From Candidatus Fermentibacteraceae bacterium (GTDB taxonomy: Bacteria; Fermentibacterota; Fermentibacteria; Fermentibacterales; JCC-6): DNA of 59,013 nucleotides. How positions within the stretch are numbered: position 1 is the stretch's first letter; every line of letters begins with the position of its first letter. Position numbers and translations under genes: made by a program. Below, one piece after another: positions 26,412-35,929 of the stretch. The notes under the pieces were generated by a model. It searched no databases. It was given only the letters and a program-made list of their open reading frames with translations, and had not been told where the DNA came from. Where the stretch lies: NCBI GenBank assembly GCA_046485185.1, contig JAWOHL010000045.1, forward strand, positions 1 to 59,013. Reading direction: 5' to 3'.

Positions 26412-27019
26412 GACATCACGAACAGAATCCCCTCCAGTTTCTGGAACGCATCAAAAAAGCGCAGGAGAGAACCCCGGTATTACCCGGACTTATCAGCTGG
26501 TTTCGCATCGTTCTGGCGCCTCTGGCAGTTCTGGCCCTCATCAGGGGAAGTTACGGCACACTGTTCTGGATGGTGGTTGCCGCGGCCCTCAGTGACTACG
26601 CGGACGGTCTGGTGGCGAGAAAGCTCAAAAAAACCTCGTATCCGGGTAAGATCCTCGATTTCCTGGCGGACAAGTTCTTTCTTTCCATCCTGCTTGTCAT
26701 GCTGGAGAGAACCGGCGCCATGAACTCAATCAGTTCGATGATCACCGCATGGTATCACATTGGGGTCCTGGCCGCGTCGGCGATGCTCTCCTGGAGCGTC
26801 AGGCTCCCGGTGGTCGCCGTGCCGACAAGCGAAAAGCTGGTGATAGTGACCAGCTACTCCTTTGTCATTGTGGCCTGCGGAGTGCTGGCATTCCCCTGGA
26901 AGGCCGTCTTCACAAATCTTCTCTGGGTTCTCAGCATAATCACTCCCGTTTCCGTCCTTTTCGGCGTCGTGGCCTACTTCCGCATCTCCAGAAGAGTGCT
27001 CTCGAGGTTCCTGGCATGA
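26408..27019 (+). CDS. CDP-alcohol phosphatidyltransferase (PgsA-like)
   Basis: SDYADGLVARK....GKILDFLADK signature; multiple TM helices. Confidence 0.9.
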   Translation: MRHHEQNPLQFLERIKKAQERTPVLPGLISWFRIVLAPLAVLALIRGSYGTLFWMVVAAALSDYADGLVARKLKKTSYPGKILDFLADKFFLSILLVMLERTGAMNSISSMITAWYHIGVLAASAMLSWSVRLPVVAVPTSEKLVIVTSYSFVIVACGVLAFPWKAVFTNLLWVLSIITPVSVLFGVVAYFRISRRVLSRFLA

Positions 27020-27690
27020 CACATCTGCTCGTCATGGTCCTTCTTGCCGCATCCCCGTCCGAGCTCGAGGCATCGGGGCTCCTGCCCGAGGCCGGAATCG
27101 CCTGGGAAGAACGTGGAAATGTCCCCGGACAGCTCCGGATCATGACAACGATGCTCGAGGATGCCCTCTATTCCGCCGATGTGCGCAGGGCCTGGCTTCT
27201 CGCGGGTGAGCTTTCCCAGCTTGGCGCAGAAGACGCTCTGCTGGATTTCTGGCTCGCCAGGATCGCCTGGGGCTCGGGCCTTCGCACTGAGGCCTCAGAT
27301 GCCCTGGCACGCCTCGAAACACCTGACCCCTGGCTTCATCACAGGGCCAGAGGGCTTTCACTGCTCTATGGCGGCAACCCCCGGGAAGCAGTTACACAGC
27401 TTGCGCTTTCGGTCTCGGCGGCGGGAACCGCGAGGCGGGGTTTCTACGCTTCACTTGACCTCTCCTGCGCCCTCATTGCGTCGGGAGAGACTACTAAAGC
27501 CCTCGAGGTGTCGGAACTTCTCTGCGCGATGTTCCCCAACGACGCTCTGGCCAGAGTGATGAAGGGGCTCTGCCTTCAGCTTTCCGGTCAGAGCGCTGCA
27601 GCTGCCCGCGAATTGTCGTCACTTTCGCCAGGGCACCCCCCGGGGGCGAGGAACATGGCCGCAAGGCTCATGAGGGAGTTCACTGAATGA
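27016..27690 (+). CDS. Exported TPR-like helical protein
   Basis: Hydrophobic N-terminus MTHLLVMVLLAAS; Ala/Leu/Gly helical repeats; ATGA overlaps at both ends. Confidence 0.6.
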   Translation: MTHLLVMVLLAASPSELEASGLLPEAGIAWEERGNVPGQLRIMTTMLEDALYSADVRRAWLLAGELSQLGAEDALLDFWLARIAWGSGLRTEASDALARLETPDPWLHHRARGLSLLYGGNPREAVTQLALSVSAAGTARRGFYASLDLSCALIASGETTKALEVSELLCAMFPNDALARVMKGLCLQLSGQSAAAARELSSLSPGHPPGARNMAARLMREFTE

Positions 27691-28586
27691 ACCTGAGCCC
27701 CTTCGCGTGGTTCTCGAAAAAGCGGCTCGAAAGAAGGGTGGAGAAGAGCTGGGAGACGTTCCGTTTTCCCGGCGTCTTCGAAAACCCCCCGAATGTCACG
27801 GTTTACTGCGGGCCGGGCCTTGCGTCCACCTGGCCCGGCATCTACCTGGCGTGTTCACTTCAGAAGTTCTACAGGAACTCGACCCATCACCTGATCCTTC
27901 ATGAAAACCTTGCTGACCTGGCTTCCACACTTCCGTGGCAACCGGCTCTGCACACGTATACGGCCCAGACCGGACAGTTGTCCCAGGAGATACCGGCGGG
28001 GTCGCTTCTCTTTAACGCCACCACCGATGCCACAGGGCTCGCCGAGGTTGTCCTGGCGATATCCCCTGCCCTTTCCGTAGCGCCCGAGGGGTGCGATTCG
28101 GCCAACGTGAGGCTGAGGGTGCACACCGACCGCTACCCCGAAAGGGTCTTCGGGATCTGTCAGGCCCTGGGAATACCGCCCGACACGAAATGGCGTCCAT
28201 CGGTTCCCTCAAGACTCAATGAGGCCGCTTCCAAAATACTTGCCCCCGTCAGTCACAGGTCGCTTCCCTACATTCTCGCCACATCCCAGGCCGCGGCCGT
28301 TCTCGAGAGAAGGAGGGCCGAACTTCCCCTTCGTCTGGTGATCCTCGACGGCAAGGGGAGGGACATCCCCGAGGGAATACCTGAAGGCGTTCTCATGGCA
28401 TTGATCTCCGGCTCGAGCGCCGTGATAACGGACAGAGACAACATCTGGGTCCATGCCAGCGCCCTGGGTGTTCCGGTACTGGGATACGATCGCCGGGGTG
28501 TCTTTCAGCCATGGGGAAAACCGCCCCCAAGGGGCGAGACAGGGCTTCTGGATGAGTGGGCGGAACTGCTTCGCAGGGGCTGGTGA
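27687..28586 (+). CDS. Hypothetical protein, divergent GT9 (heptosyltransferase)-like
   Basis: C-terminal AVITDRDNIWVHASALGVPVLG resembles the GT9 ..NDSG..HLA.A.G.P motif; adjacent to a GT9 gene. Confidence 0.5.
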   Translation: MNLSPFAWFSKKRLERRVEKSWETFRFPGVFENPPNVTVYCGPGLASTWPGIYLACSLQKFYRNSTHHLILHENLADLASTLPWQPALHTYTAQTGQLSQEIPAGSLLFNATTDATGLAEVVLAISPALSVAPEGCDSANVRLRVHTDRYPERVFGICQALGIPPDTKWRPSVPSRLNEAASKILAPVSHRSLPYILATSQAAAVLERRRAELPLRLVILDGKGRDIPEGIPEGVLMALISGSSAVITDRDNIWVHASALGVPVLGYDRRGVFQPWGKPPPRGETGLLDEWAELLRRGW

Positions 28587-29451
28587 GCCCTTGCTGGTGC
28601 GAACCCCCAACTGGCTGGGCGACTGCGTGATGGCCCTTGAAAGCATTGCGGGGATACTGAAAAAGCATGGAGGAACAGCCCTCTGGTGTCACCCACGGGT
28701 CATGGGGCTCTTCGCCTTCTTCTTCCCTGAAACCGCACTCATACCCCTGGGCGCCCGGGTTCCCCGTTTCAAAAGGCTTCTTCTCATGACTTCTTCCTTT
28801 CGGTCGGCGTATCTTGGAGCGTTGACCGGTATCCCGGAGAGGACCGGTTACAGTCGCGGAGTTGGAAGCGTTTTTCTGACAGATGTCATTCCATTCCACG
28901 ATGACCGTTCAAGGCACCACAGCCTCGCGTACGAAACCCTCGCAATGGCAGTGGGGTGCGCTCCGGTCCCCATAACCCGTCCCATTCCCGCGCCGGAAGA
29001 GCACCTCGCAGTCTTCGCGGGGGCCCGTTACGGAAGCGCCAAACGCTGGAACGGCTTTCCCGAAGCGGTAAATCTTTTGGGAATGCCCTCGGTTTTTTAC
29101 GGGACCGGGGAGGAGAAGGCCGAACTCGCCCGCATGGCGAACCTCTGCGGGGGCAGGTGCGAGACAGGTCTGTCGCTTCCCGATCTGGCGCACAGACTTC
29201 TCACGGCCCGCGCATGTGTGGGCAACGATTCGGGTGGCGTACACCTGGCCGCAGTGCTTTCAGTCCCGACGGTGGCCGTGTTCTGTTCAACGAGCCCCTT
29301 CTGGACGGGTCCCAGGGGAAGCAGGACCGGTTCGGTCGTCACTCGGGCGGGCTGTTCGCCCTGCTTCAGAAGAAAGTGTGGATCGAAGAACTGGTCATGC
29401 ACCCGTGACATCACACCCTTTGACGTGGCCGAGGCGGTGAGAGATGTCTGA
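28552..29451 (+). CDS. waaF: GT9 LPS heptosyltransferase (WaaF/RfaF-like)
   Basis: LVRTPNWLGDCVM, GARYGSAKRW, VGNDSGGVHLAA, CSPCF..C; start uncertain (28552 or 28591). Confidence 0.82.
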   Translation: MSGRNCFAGAGEPLLVRTPNWLGDCVMALESIAGILKKHGGTALWCHPRVMGLFAFFFPETALIPLGARVPRFKRLLLMTSSFRSAYLGALTGIPERTGYSRGVGSVFLTDVIPFHDDRSRHHSLAYETLAMAVGCAPVPITRPIPAPEEHLAVFAGARYGSAKRWNGFPEAVNLLGMPSVFYGTGEEKAELARMANLCGGRCETGLSLPDLAHRLLTARACVGNDSGGVHLAAVLSVPTVAVFCSTSPFWTGPRGSRTGSVVTRAGCSPCFRRKCGSKNWSCTRDITPFDVAEAVRDV

Positions 29452-32083
29452 TACGACAGTGCTTCTCGTTGACTGCATGGGAATCCTTTACCGCGGTCAC
29501 TTCGCCCTGTCACGAAGACCCCTGGTCTCCCCGGAAGGGGTTGTAACCAGCGGTCTTCACCATCTTGTCACCGAGCTTCTCAGGCTTCTCGGGAAACACC
29601 GGCCCTCCTACTGCGCAGCAGTCTTCGACGGTGTCATACCGAGCTTTCGAACGCAGCTCTACAGCCAGTACAAGGCTAACAGGCCGCCCATGCCTCCTGA
29701 GCTGGCGCTCCAGGCAGATCTGGCAAGGAAACTCGTGCCCGCTCTCGGCATACCCCTCATCCAGCGGGACACCCTGGAAGCCGACGACCTGATAGCGGGT
29801 CTTGCGAGGCAGGCCTCCGCGAAGGGGTACCAAACTATCATCCTCTCATCCGACAAGGACCTTCTGCAACTTGTCGACGACCGCACGTCGGTGTACAGGC
29901 CGGGCAGGCCCGGCAGCCCGGGCAGGCTCGTGACACCCGCCGGGGTGCCGGAAGAGATGGGAACGACCGCCGAAAAGATACCGCTGCTGCTGGCACTGGC
30001 GGGTGACAGCTCCGACAACATCCCGGGCGCCCGCGGCATCGGCGAAAAAACAGCCCTGAAGATCATCGAAGGGGTTGCGAGCCTCGAGGAGCTTTACGCC
30101 TCGGTTCCCGGAATGCCCACCTCGCTTGCGGCGAAGCTGTTGGAATCAAGGGGGATGGTGGAGCTGTCCCTTGAACTTGTCACCCTCAACGTTCCGCTTC
30201 CGAGCGACATTGTTCTCGAGGACGCTGTCAGGAGAGCCGTAACAGCTGAAGCACCCGCTCTGCTGAAATCCCTGGGAATGAACAAAGTCATCGAATCCCT
30301 GGGCATCCCCATGGAGAACATCCGGCGGGACGCTTACGGCTGCTGCTCCATCATACCCGGAGAAGACGAGCCACTGCCCCTGGAAGCAGACCTGCCCGTG
30401 GCCCTCGACACCGAAACCGACTCGAGAAACCCCCTTCTTGCGAGGCCCGTTGGGATCTCCCTGTGCAACTCACCGGGAAGGGCATTCTACATTCCGCTGC
30501 AAAAAGGCCTCGGCAGCAAAAGACGGCAGGCCCTTGCAGCGATCATGGAGAAGAACGGCTGGACCGCACAGAACGCCAAATTCGACCTTCACGTACTGAG
30601 ACGGCTTGGTCTCAGGCCGCCCCCCCCCTCCGGCGATCCTTACCTGGCCGACTACCTGCTTCGCCCTGAAGAGCCCGGCCACGGGCTGAAAGCCATGGCA
30701 CTGCACTGGCTGGGCAAAAAGATGGAGACCTTCGAAGAGGTCACAGCGGCTGGCGCACTTGCCGAACTGCCGACGGAGAGGGTTGCGGAGTACTGCTGCG
30801 CTGATTCTTCGGCGGCCCTTGAACTCGAGGTTTTCCTTTCGGAGAAGCTGGAGAGTGACGGCAGGCTCCTCGATGTCTACAGAAACGTTGAGCTTCCTTT
30901 GGTCAGCGTTCTGGCCGACATGGAGGAGAGGGGGGTCGGGCTCGATACCACCGCCCTCGCAGGAACCGGGGCGGAACTGAGGGAACGGCTTTCAGAGCTT
31001 TCATCCCTTGGGAACGAACAGGCCGGAAGGCCAGTCAACCTTGCCAGCCCCGGCCAGGTCTCGGAAGTGCTTTTCAACGAAATGGGCCTGCAATCAGCCC
31101 GCAAAACACCAAAGGGAGGCCTTTCGTCCAGCATGGGAGTCCTGCTCTCCCTCGAGGGTTCACACCCTTTCGTGGGCACGGTCATCGAGTTCCGGGAACT
31201 TTCGAAGCTGCTCAACACCTATGTGGAAAGCCTGCCCCGGTTCATCAATCCGGAAACGGGCCTGCTGCACACCAGTTTCAACCAGGCCGTGACATCCACC
31301 GGAAGGCTGAGTTCAGCGGACCCCAACCTGCAGAACATCCCCATCAGGTCCGTCCGCGGAAAGAGAGTGAGGCGCTGCTTCATCCCCTCCGCTCATGGAA
31401 ACATCTTCATCTCCGCCGACTATTCCCAGATAGAGCTCAGGGTTCTGGCACACCTGGCGGGGGAAGGTGCGCTGCGCGAGGCCTACAGGAAAGGATTGGA
31501 CATCCACGCCGCAACAGCCCGGGCGGTTTTTGGCGACCTCACCCCTGAAACGAGGCGGAAGGCCAAGGAGGTTAACTTCTCCATCATCTACGGAATAAGC
31601 CCTTACGGGCTCTCGGGAAGGCTCGGTGTTTCCAGGGGCGAGGCGGCGGGGATCATAAACAGATACTTCGAAACGTATCCGGAGGTGGACGCCTTCTACA
31701 GAAACACAGTGGACAGGGCGGAGCAACAGGGTGAGACCCGGACCGTCCTTGGCCGCAGAAGGCGCTTCCCCGAACTGGCGGGAGCAAGGGGACAGAACCG
31801 CAAGCATATGGAGCGGATGGTGGTCAACACCACCGTTCAGGGTTCTGCGGCGGACATCGTGAAGCTGGCCATGCTGGGGGTTCATCGCAGGCTTTCGGCG
31901 GATCTGCCGCGGGCTCATCTGGTACTTTCGGTTCATGATGAGCTTCTTGTAGAGTGCCCGCCCGAGCTTTCGGACGCGGGTGAAAGGGTTCTGCGTGAGG
32001 AAATGGAAGGCGCCTTTCCTCTGGAGGTGCCCCTTTCCATCGAGACCGGCAAGGGTGGGGACTGGCTCGCCGCCGGCCACTGA
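29444..32083 (+). CDS. polA: DNA polymerase I
   Basis: 5'-3' exonuclease (YKANR, EADD, DKD, GDSSDNIPG), 3'-5' exonuclease (DTET, NAKFD), polymerase (TGRLSS.DPNLQNIP, ADYSQIELR, VHDEL). Confidence 0.98.
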   Translation: MSDTTVLLVDCMGILYRGHFALSRRPLVSPEGVVTSGLHHLVTELLRLLGKHRPSYCAAVFDGVIPSFRTQLYSQYKANRPPMPPELALQADLARKLVPALGIPLIQRDTLEADDLIAGLARQASAKGYQTIILSSDKDLLQLVDDRTSVYRPGRPGSPGRLVTPAGVPEEMGTTAEKIPLLLALAGDSSDNIPGARGIGEKTALKIIEGVASLEELYASVPGMPTSLAAKLLESRGMVELSLELVTLNVPLPSDIVLEDAVRRAVTAEAPALLKSLGMNKVIESLGIPMENIRRDAYGCCSIIPGEDEPLPLEADLPVALDTETDSRNPLLARPVGISLCNSPGRAFYIPLQKGLGSKRRQALAAIMEKNGWTAQNAKFDLHVLRRLGLRPPPPSGDPYLADYLLRPEEPGHGLKAMALHWLGKKMETFEEVTAAGALAELPTERVAEYCCADSSAALELEVFLSEKLESDGRLLDVYRNVELPLVSVLADMEERGVGLDTTALAGTGAELRERLSELSSLGNEQAGRPVNLASPGQVSEVLFNEMGLQSARKTPKGGLSSSMGVLLSLEGSHPFVGTVIEFRELSKLLNTYVESLPRFINPETGLLHTSFNQAVTSTGRLSSADPNLQNIPIRSVRGKRVRRCFIPSAHGNIFISADYSQIELRVLAHLAGEGALREAYRKGLDIHAATARAVFGDLTPETRRKAKEVNFSIIYGISPYGLSGRLGVSRGEAAGIINRYFETYPEVDAFYRNTVDRAEQQGETRTVLGRRRRFPELAGARGQNRKHMERMVVNTTVQGSAADIVKLAMLGVHRRLSADLPRAHLVLSVHDELLVECPPELSDAGERVLREEMEGAFPLEVPLSIETGKGGDWLAAGH

Positions 32084-32094
32084 GGGAGGGTTTT

Positions 32095-33399
32095 TTGAAC
32101 AAGGCGATGCTGATGCTTGCGCTGGGGTTTCTGGCCTGCGGAGGGCCGGCCCGGCAACGCCCGAACGTTCTCGTCATCCTCATGGACACCATCAGGGCGG
32201 ATCATCTGGGATGCATGGGCTACCACAGGAACACCACACCCACCATAGACAGTCTTGCGGGTGAGGGAACCCTTTTCACGGCGTGCCAGGCGCAGTCCTC
32301 ATGGACGCTTCCGGCAATGACCACCATCCTTTCCGGGCTCAATGCCCGTGAACACGGGGCTGGCCGACGCTACGACGCCCTTTACGGAGTCTCCGACGAC
32401 ATCCCCTGGATGCCCCATCTCTTCAAGATCGAAGGCTACGAGACCGGAGCCTTCTTCAACGTTATCTTCATGAGTTCCGACTTCGGCTTCCACAGGGGCT
32501 TTGACCACTTCGACTGCCCCGCCCCGGTCGCCGGGTCACCCTCCCGGAACGCCGGGGAGACCGTGGACGCTTTTCTTCGGTGGCTGGAGGAGGTTCCGGA
32601 TGGCACGCCATTTTTCGCCGCCGTTCACTTCTTCGACCCCCACATCACCTACGACCCGCCCGAACCCTGGAACACGCTCTTCACTGACCCCGGCTACGAA
32701 GGCGAGTACAACAACCTCTGGGGCGGAGTTCCACAGCTCAACGCGGTGCACTTCGGACGCGACACCATCCCCCCCGAAGGCCTCGCGAACCTCCAGGCCC
32801 TCTACGACGGCGAGATAGCCTACACCGACATGCAGCTCGGAAGGCTGCTCGACCGGCTCTTGGAGATGGGTCTTTCCGAAAACACGCTGATAGTGGTGGT
32901 GGGGGACCACGGCGAGGAGTTTCTGGAGCACGGCGGGATGGATCACGGCAGGACCCTTTACCAGGAGATCTGCCATGTTCCCCTTGTCTTCTGCGGCCCG
33001 GGAGTCCCCCGGGGACAGGTAGTGCAGACCCTGGTGGCCCAGTTGAACGTTCTGCCCACGGTCCTTGAACTGTCCGGAATCGACCCTGCAGCGCCTTCGC
33101 TCTTCTCGCCCGACTTCACACCGGTCCCCGTTCCATCGGGCGACGTGCTCTGGCGGGAGGGCGACCTGGCAAGTCTGGTGTTCGACGGAAAAAAACTGAT
33201 CTGGGGAGTGGATGAGGACTTCACTGAGCAGTACGATCTCTCGCTTGATCCTGGTGAGACGGTCTGTCTTCCGGTTGACTCGGTCATGCTGGGGGAGCTG
33301 GAGTGGTACTTCGGCACTCCCGCGCTTGCCGAGGCGCCCTTCGTCGACGTGGAGGGAAGCATGCAGCAGGACCTCAGGAACCTGGGTTACATCCGCTGA
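32095..33399 (+). CDS. Sulfatase-like hydrolase, predicted lipoprotein
   Basis: Lipobox FLAC; PNVLVILMDTIRADH, SSWTLPA, FDPH, YDGEI, GDHGEEF..H. Confidence 0.88.
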   Translation: MNKAMLMLALGFLACGGPARQRPNVLVILMDTIRADHLGCMGYHRNTTPTIDSLAGEGTLFTACQAQSSWTLPAMTTILSGLNAREHGAGRRYDALYGVSDDIPWMPHLFKIEGYETGAFFNVIFMSSDFGFHRGFDHFDCPAPVAGSPSRNAGETVDAFLRWLEEVPDGTPFFAAVHFFDPHITYDPPEPWNTLFTDPGYEGEYNNLWGGVPQLNAVHFGRDTIPPEGLANLQALYDGEIAYTDMQLGRLLDRLLEMGLSENTLIVVVGDHGEEFLEHGGMDHGRTLYQEICHVPLVFCGPGVPRGQVVQTLVAQLNVLPTVLELSGIDPAAPSLFSPDFTPVPVPSGDVLWREGDLASLVFDGKKLIWGVDEDFTEQYDLSLDPGETVCLPVDSVMLGELEWYFGTPALAEAPFVDVEGSMQQDLRNLGYIR

Positions 33400-33862
33400 G
33401 CCTTCGCCTGAGTATCTCCCAGCCCACCATTGCCGCCGATGATGCGACATTCACGCACTTTCTTTCGCCGGCCTGGGGAATGACAAGAACCCCGGGGGAC
33501 AGGTCCCATACACTCCGGGACACACCCTCGGCCTCGTTTCCGAAGACCAGCGCTGATGACACGGAAAAGCCGGCCCTGTGCAGGGGAACGGCATCGGGGG
33601 TGTTCTCAACCACGAAGAGTCCGAAACCCGCCACGACGGCCCATGACGATGCCTCGAAGGCGGTGGGAAACCATCTCCAGGGTACAGTGGCATGGGTTCC
33701 CCTGGAAGTGTGCCCGACCTTCCTGCCACCGGGAAGAGCGGAGATACCGCAGGGAAACACTGCGGAGGGAAACACGGCTTCGGCTGTCCGAAACACCGCC
33801 CCGACGTTGTAGGCGCTTCGAAAACCGTCAAGGATGAAGATCGTCGTTCCCTTTGGAAGCAT
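33374..33862 (-). CDS. TrmH/SpoU family RNA 2'-O-methyltransferase
   Basis: ILDGFRSAYNVGAVFRTA, LVFGNEAEG, IPQAG..CVNVA. Confidence 0.88.
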   Translation of the reverse strand: MLPKGTTIFILDGFRSAYNVGAVFRTAEAVFPSAVFPCGISALPGGRKVGHTSRGTHATVPWRWFPTAFEASSWAVVAGFGLFVVENTPDAVPLHRAGFSVSSALVFGNEAEGVSRSVWDLSPGVLVIPQAGERKCVNVASSAAMVGWEILRRRLSGCNPGS

Positions 33863-33940
33863 TCAGGGAATGTACCCTTTTTCAGGCCGGCGGAAAACCC
33901 CGCCCTTGAAAACAACCCTTCCGGGGCCGTACTTCAGAGC

Positions 33941-35074
33941 ATGAAACTCAGGGGTTGGGTGATCGCAGGTTGTTTCCTTTTGCTGGCCGTTCACTACAAT
34001 AAAGCCTCTCCGCTGCCTGAACCCACCGGGCAAGAGACAGGTGTCTGGCGGGGAGCAGTCTCCACGGTCACCGCCAGAGGGGCCATGCTTTCCGGTCTGT
34101 GGGTGTCCTCTCCCGAACTCGCGACAAACGTCGAGCGGGGGGATTCACTCATTGTCCTCGGATACCGGCGGGGCATGTACATAACCCCCTGGTGCATCAG
34201 GATGAAACCTGCCCGGGGCTTCTTCCACCGCGCAAGAAGGGCGCTTCTGAACCGTTTCACCCGGTTCATTCCCGACAGCCTCGCCCTGGGCATCTCGACA
34301 GCGGTCATCCTCGGCGCCAGAGGGAGGGTTCCGATCTTTGCCGCCCGCGCTTTCCAACTCTCGGGAACGGCGCATCTTCTGGCCCTTTCCGGCATGCACA
34401 CGGGCATGGTGGCGGGTTTCATCCTGCTCCTGTCAAGGCTTTTATTCGGCAAAAGGCTTATCGGCGCCATTTCCGCGGTTGCGGCCATAGCGGTGTTCGT
34501 GGCGCTCACAGGGGGAAGGGCCTCCACAATCCGGGCGGGTATCATGGCCGGAACCGTGATTCTCTGGGCGGCACTCCGCGGCGGCCGCGTGCATCCGCTC
34601 TCGGTCTGGTGCGTGGCCCTGCTCCCCGCCGCCCTTGACCGGTCTCTCCTCTCCGATGCCGGCGCCCAGATGTCATACGGGGCGGTGCTTTCCCTGATCC
34701 TTCTGGCCAGGTCCTGGAACGGGCTGGTCGGCAGGTTTCTGACGCCATTATGGGCCGGGGTCGTTGTGATCACCGCGCTTGCTCCAATCAGCGTATCAGT
34801 TTATGGCGGTGTGAACCCGGCGGGCGCAGTGAGCACCGTACTGAGCGTTCCATTGATGACGGCGGTCATGGCCCTCGGGGTGCTCGCCGCCGCAGGCGCC
34901 GGCAGCGGTCTTCTGGCCTGGCTGTGCGAAAGGTGGCTGTGGATACTGGGCTTTTTCACAGGCTTCACCGTTGAAGTGACTCCCGACACTTCACTGGTGT
35001 TGGTCTGGCTGGCATTGGTCGGGGTTCTGTTCGTGGTGAAAAGGGTCAGGAACTACGAGAAGAGGTTCAGATGA
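33941..35074 (+). CDS. comEC: ComEC/Rec2 competence-domain membrane protein (no metallo-beta-lactamase domain)
   Basis: FQLSGTAHLLALSGMH, STIRAGIM, DAGAQMSY; start set at ATG 33941. Confidence 0.85.
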   Translation: MKLRGWVIAGCFLLLAVHYNKASPLPEPTGQETGVWRGAVSTVTARGAMLSGLWVSSPELATNVERGDSLIVLGYRRGMYITPWCIRMKPARGFFHRARRALLNRFTRFIPDSLALGISTAVILGARGRVPIFAARAFQLSGTAHLLALSGMHTGMVAGFILLLSRLLFGKRLIGAISAVAAIAVFVALTGGRASTIRAGIMAGTVILWAALRGGRVHPLSVWCVALLPAALDRSLLSDAGAQMSYGAVLSLILLARSWNGLVGRFLTPLWAGVVVITALAPISVSVYGGVNPAGAVSTVLSVPLMTAVMALGVLAAAGAGSGLLAWLCERWLWILGFFTGFTVEVTPDTSLVLVWLALVGVLFVVKRVRNYEKRFR

Positions 35075-35846
35075 TGTAGTCTTCCACGAAGTCCGCGTTC
35101 TCTTCCTGATGATCGGGGAGTGGTTCGGGCTGGTCTGGAACCGTCTCGGGGGTCAGGATGCCGGATACGGAACCGCCCTCTCTGTTGAAGCGCAGAAGCA
35201 CCGCTCCCGAGTTGTCAAGAGCGCTTTCAAGGTCATCGAGACCCACGGCTTCAAAAACTGCGCCAAGGGGAAGGTTCACCTTCAGTGTGTCGCCGGGGAA
35301 CAAGACCCAGCCCTGTCTGACACCGCCGGGAGAGTGGCTTATAAGAACGGTAAGGCCGTCGTATCCGTCAAGGCCTTCGTCGGCTGCGACAACCATGTAG
35401 GCCCCGACGGGAATCGAAACCGACCTTGACCTGTCCAGCACGGCCAGGTTGTAGGCGCTTGAAACGGTGATGGTAGGCGTGACCTCGCGGATGACGGGAA
35501 GGAAACTGATCGAGTCCGCCATTGTGGGAGTGGTCATCCAGACCGTCACCGAATCGGTGAAACCAGACTCGGCCTTCCAGGTGACGCTTCTTCCGGTTGC
35601 ATCCTGATCGCCCGACTCGAGAAAGGTTCCCGACGAGCACCTCCAGACCGCCTGGGTACCGTCCGGAACAATGGTGGACAGGTAAGCGGTTCCGTCGCCG
35701 GAGGGGTCGATGGAGGCGAGGATCTGTACGGGATCGTTCACCTGGCCCCGGGACTGGGTGACAATCCAGGTTGCAAGGACCGCCAGGGGCAGAAGGAACG
35801 GAAACCCCACGGAGACAAGCTTCCTTAAAGTACTTTTTCTTATCAT
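35067..35846 (-). CDS. Membrane-anchored hypothetical protein (beta-rich periplasmic domain)
   Basis: Basic N-terminus plus TM helix; W.C..G and VTWKA segments reminiscent of PKD/Ig-like folds; fills the gap between comEC and the peptidase. Confidence 0.65.
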   Translation of the reverse strand: MIRKSTLRKLVSVGFPFLLPLAVLATWIVTQSRGQVNDPVQILASIDPSGDGTAYLSTIVPDGTQAVWRCSSGTFLESGDQDATGRSVTWKAESGFTDSVTVWMTTPTMADSISFLPVIREVTPTITVSSAYNLAVLDRSRSVSIPVGAYMVVAADEGLDGYDGLTVLISHSPGGVRQGWVLFPGDTLKVNLPLGAVFEAVGLDDLESALDNSGAVLLRFNREGGSVSGILTPETVPDQPEPLPDHQEENADFVEDYII

Positions 35847-35873
35847 GACGGTAATATTGCCTTTCCACGGGGT

Positions 35874-35902
35874 TTGCCGCCAGTGACGGTCCGGGCTATC
35901 TT
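35874..35902 (+). promoter_or_regulatory. Putative promoter for the M42 peptidase
   Basis: TTGCCG - 17 nt - TATCTT. Confidence 0.5.
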
Positions 35903-35929
35903 CCCCGCCAGAGGAAAGGAAACCGCAAC

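Noticed and set aside
25777-27700. tRNA-Gly as an integration site for a genomic island
   Set aside because: No integrase downstream, no duplicated tRNA 3' end noticed, flanking genes are envelope housekeeping
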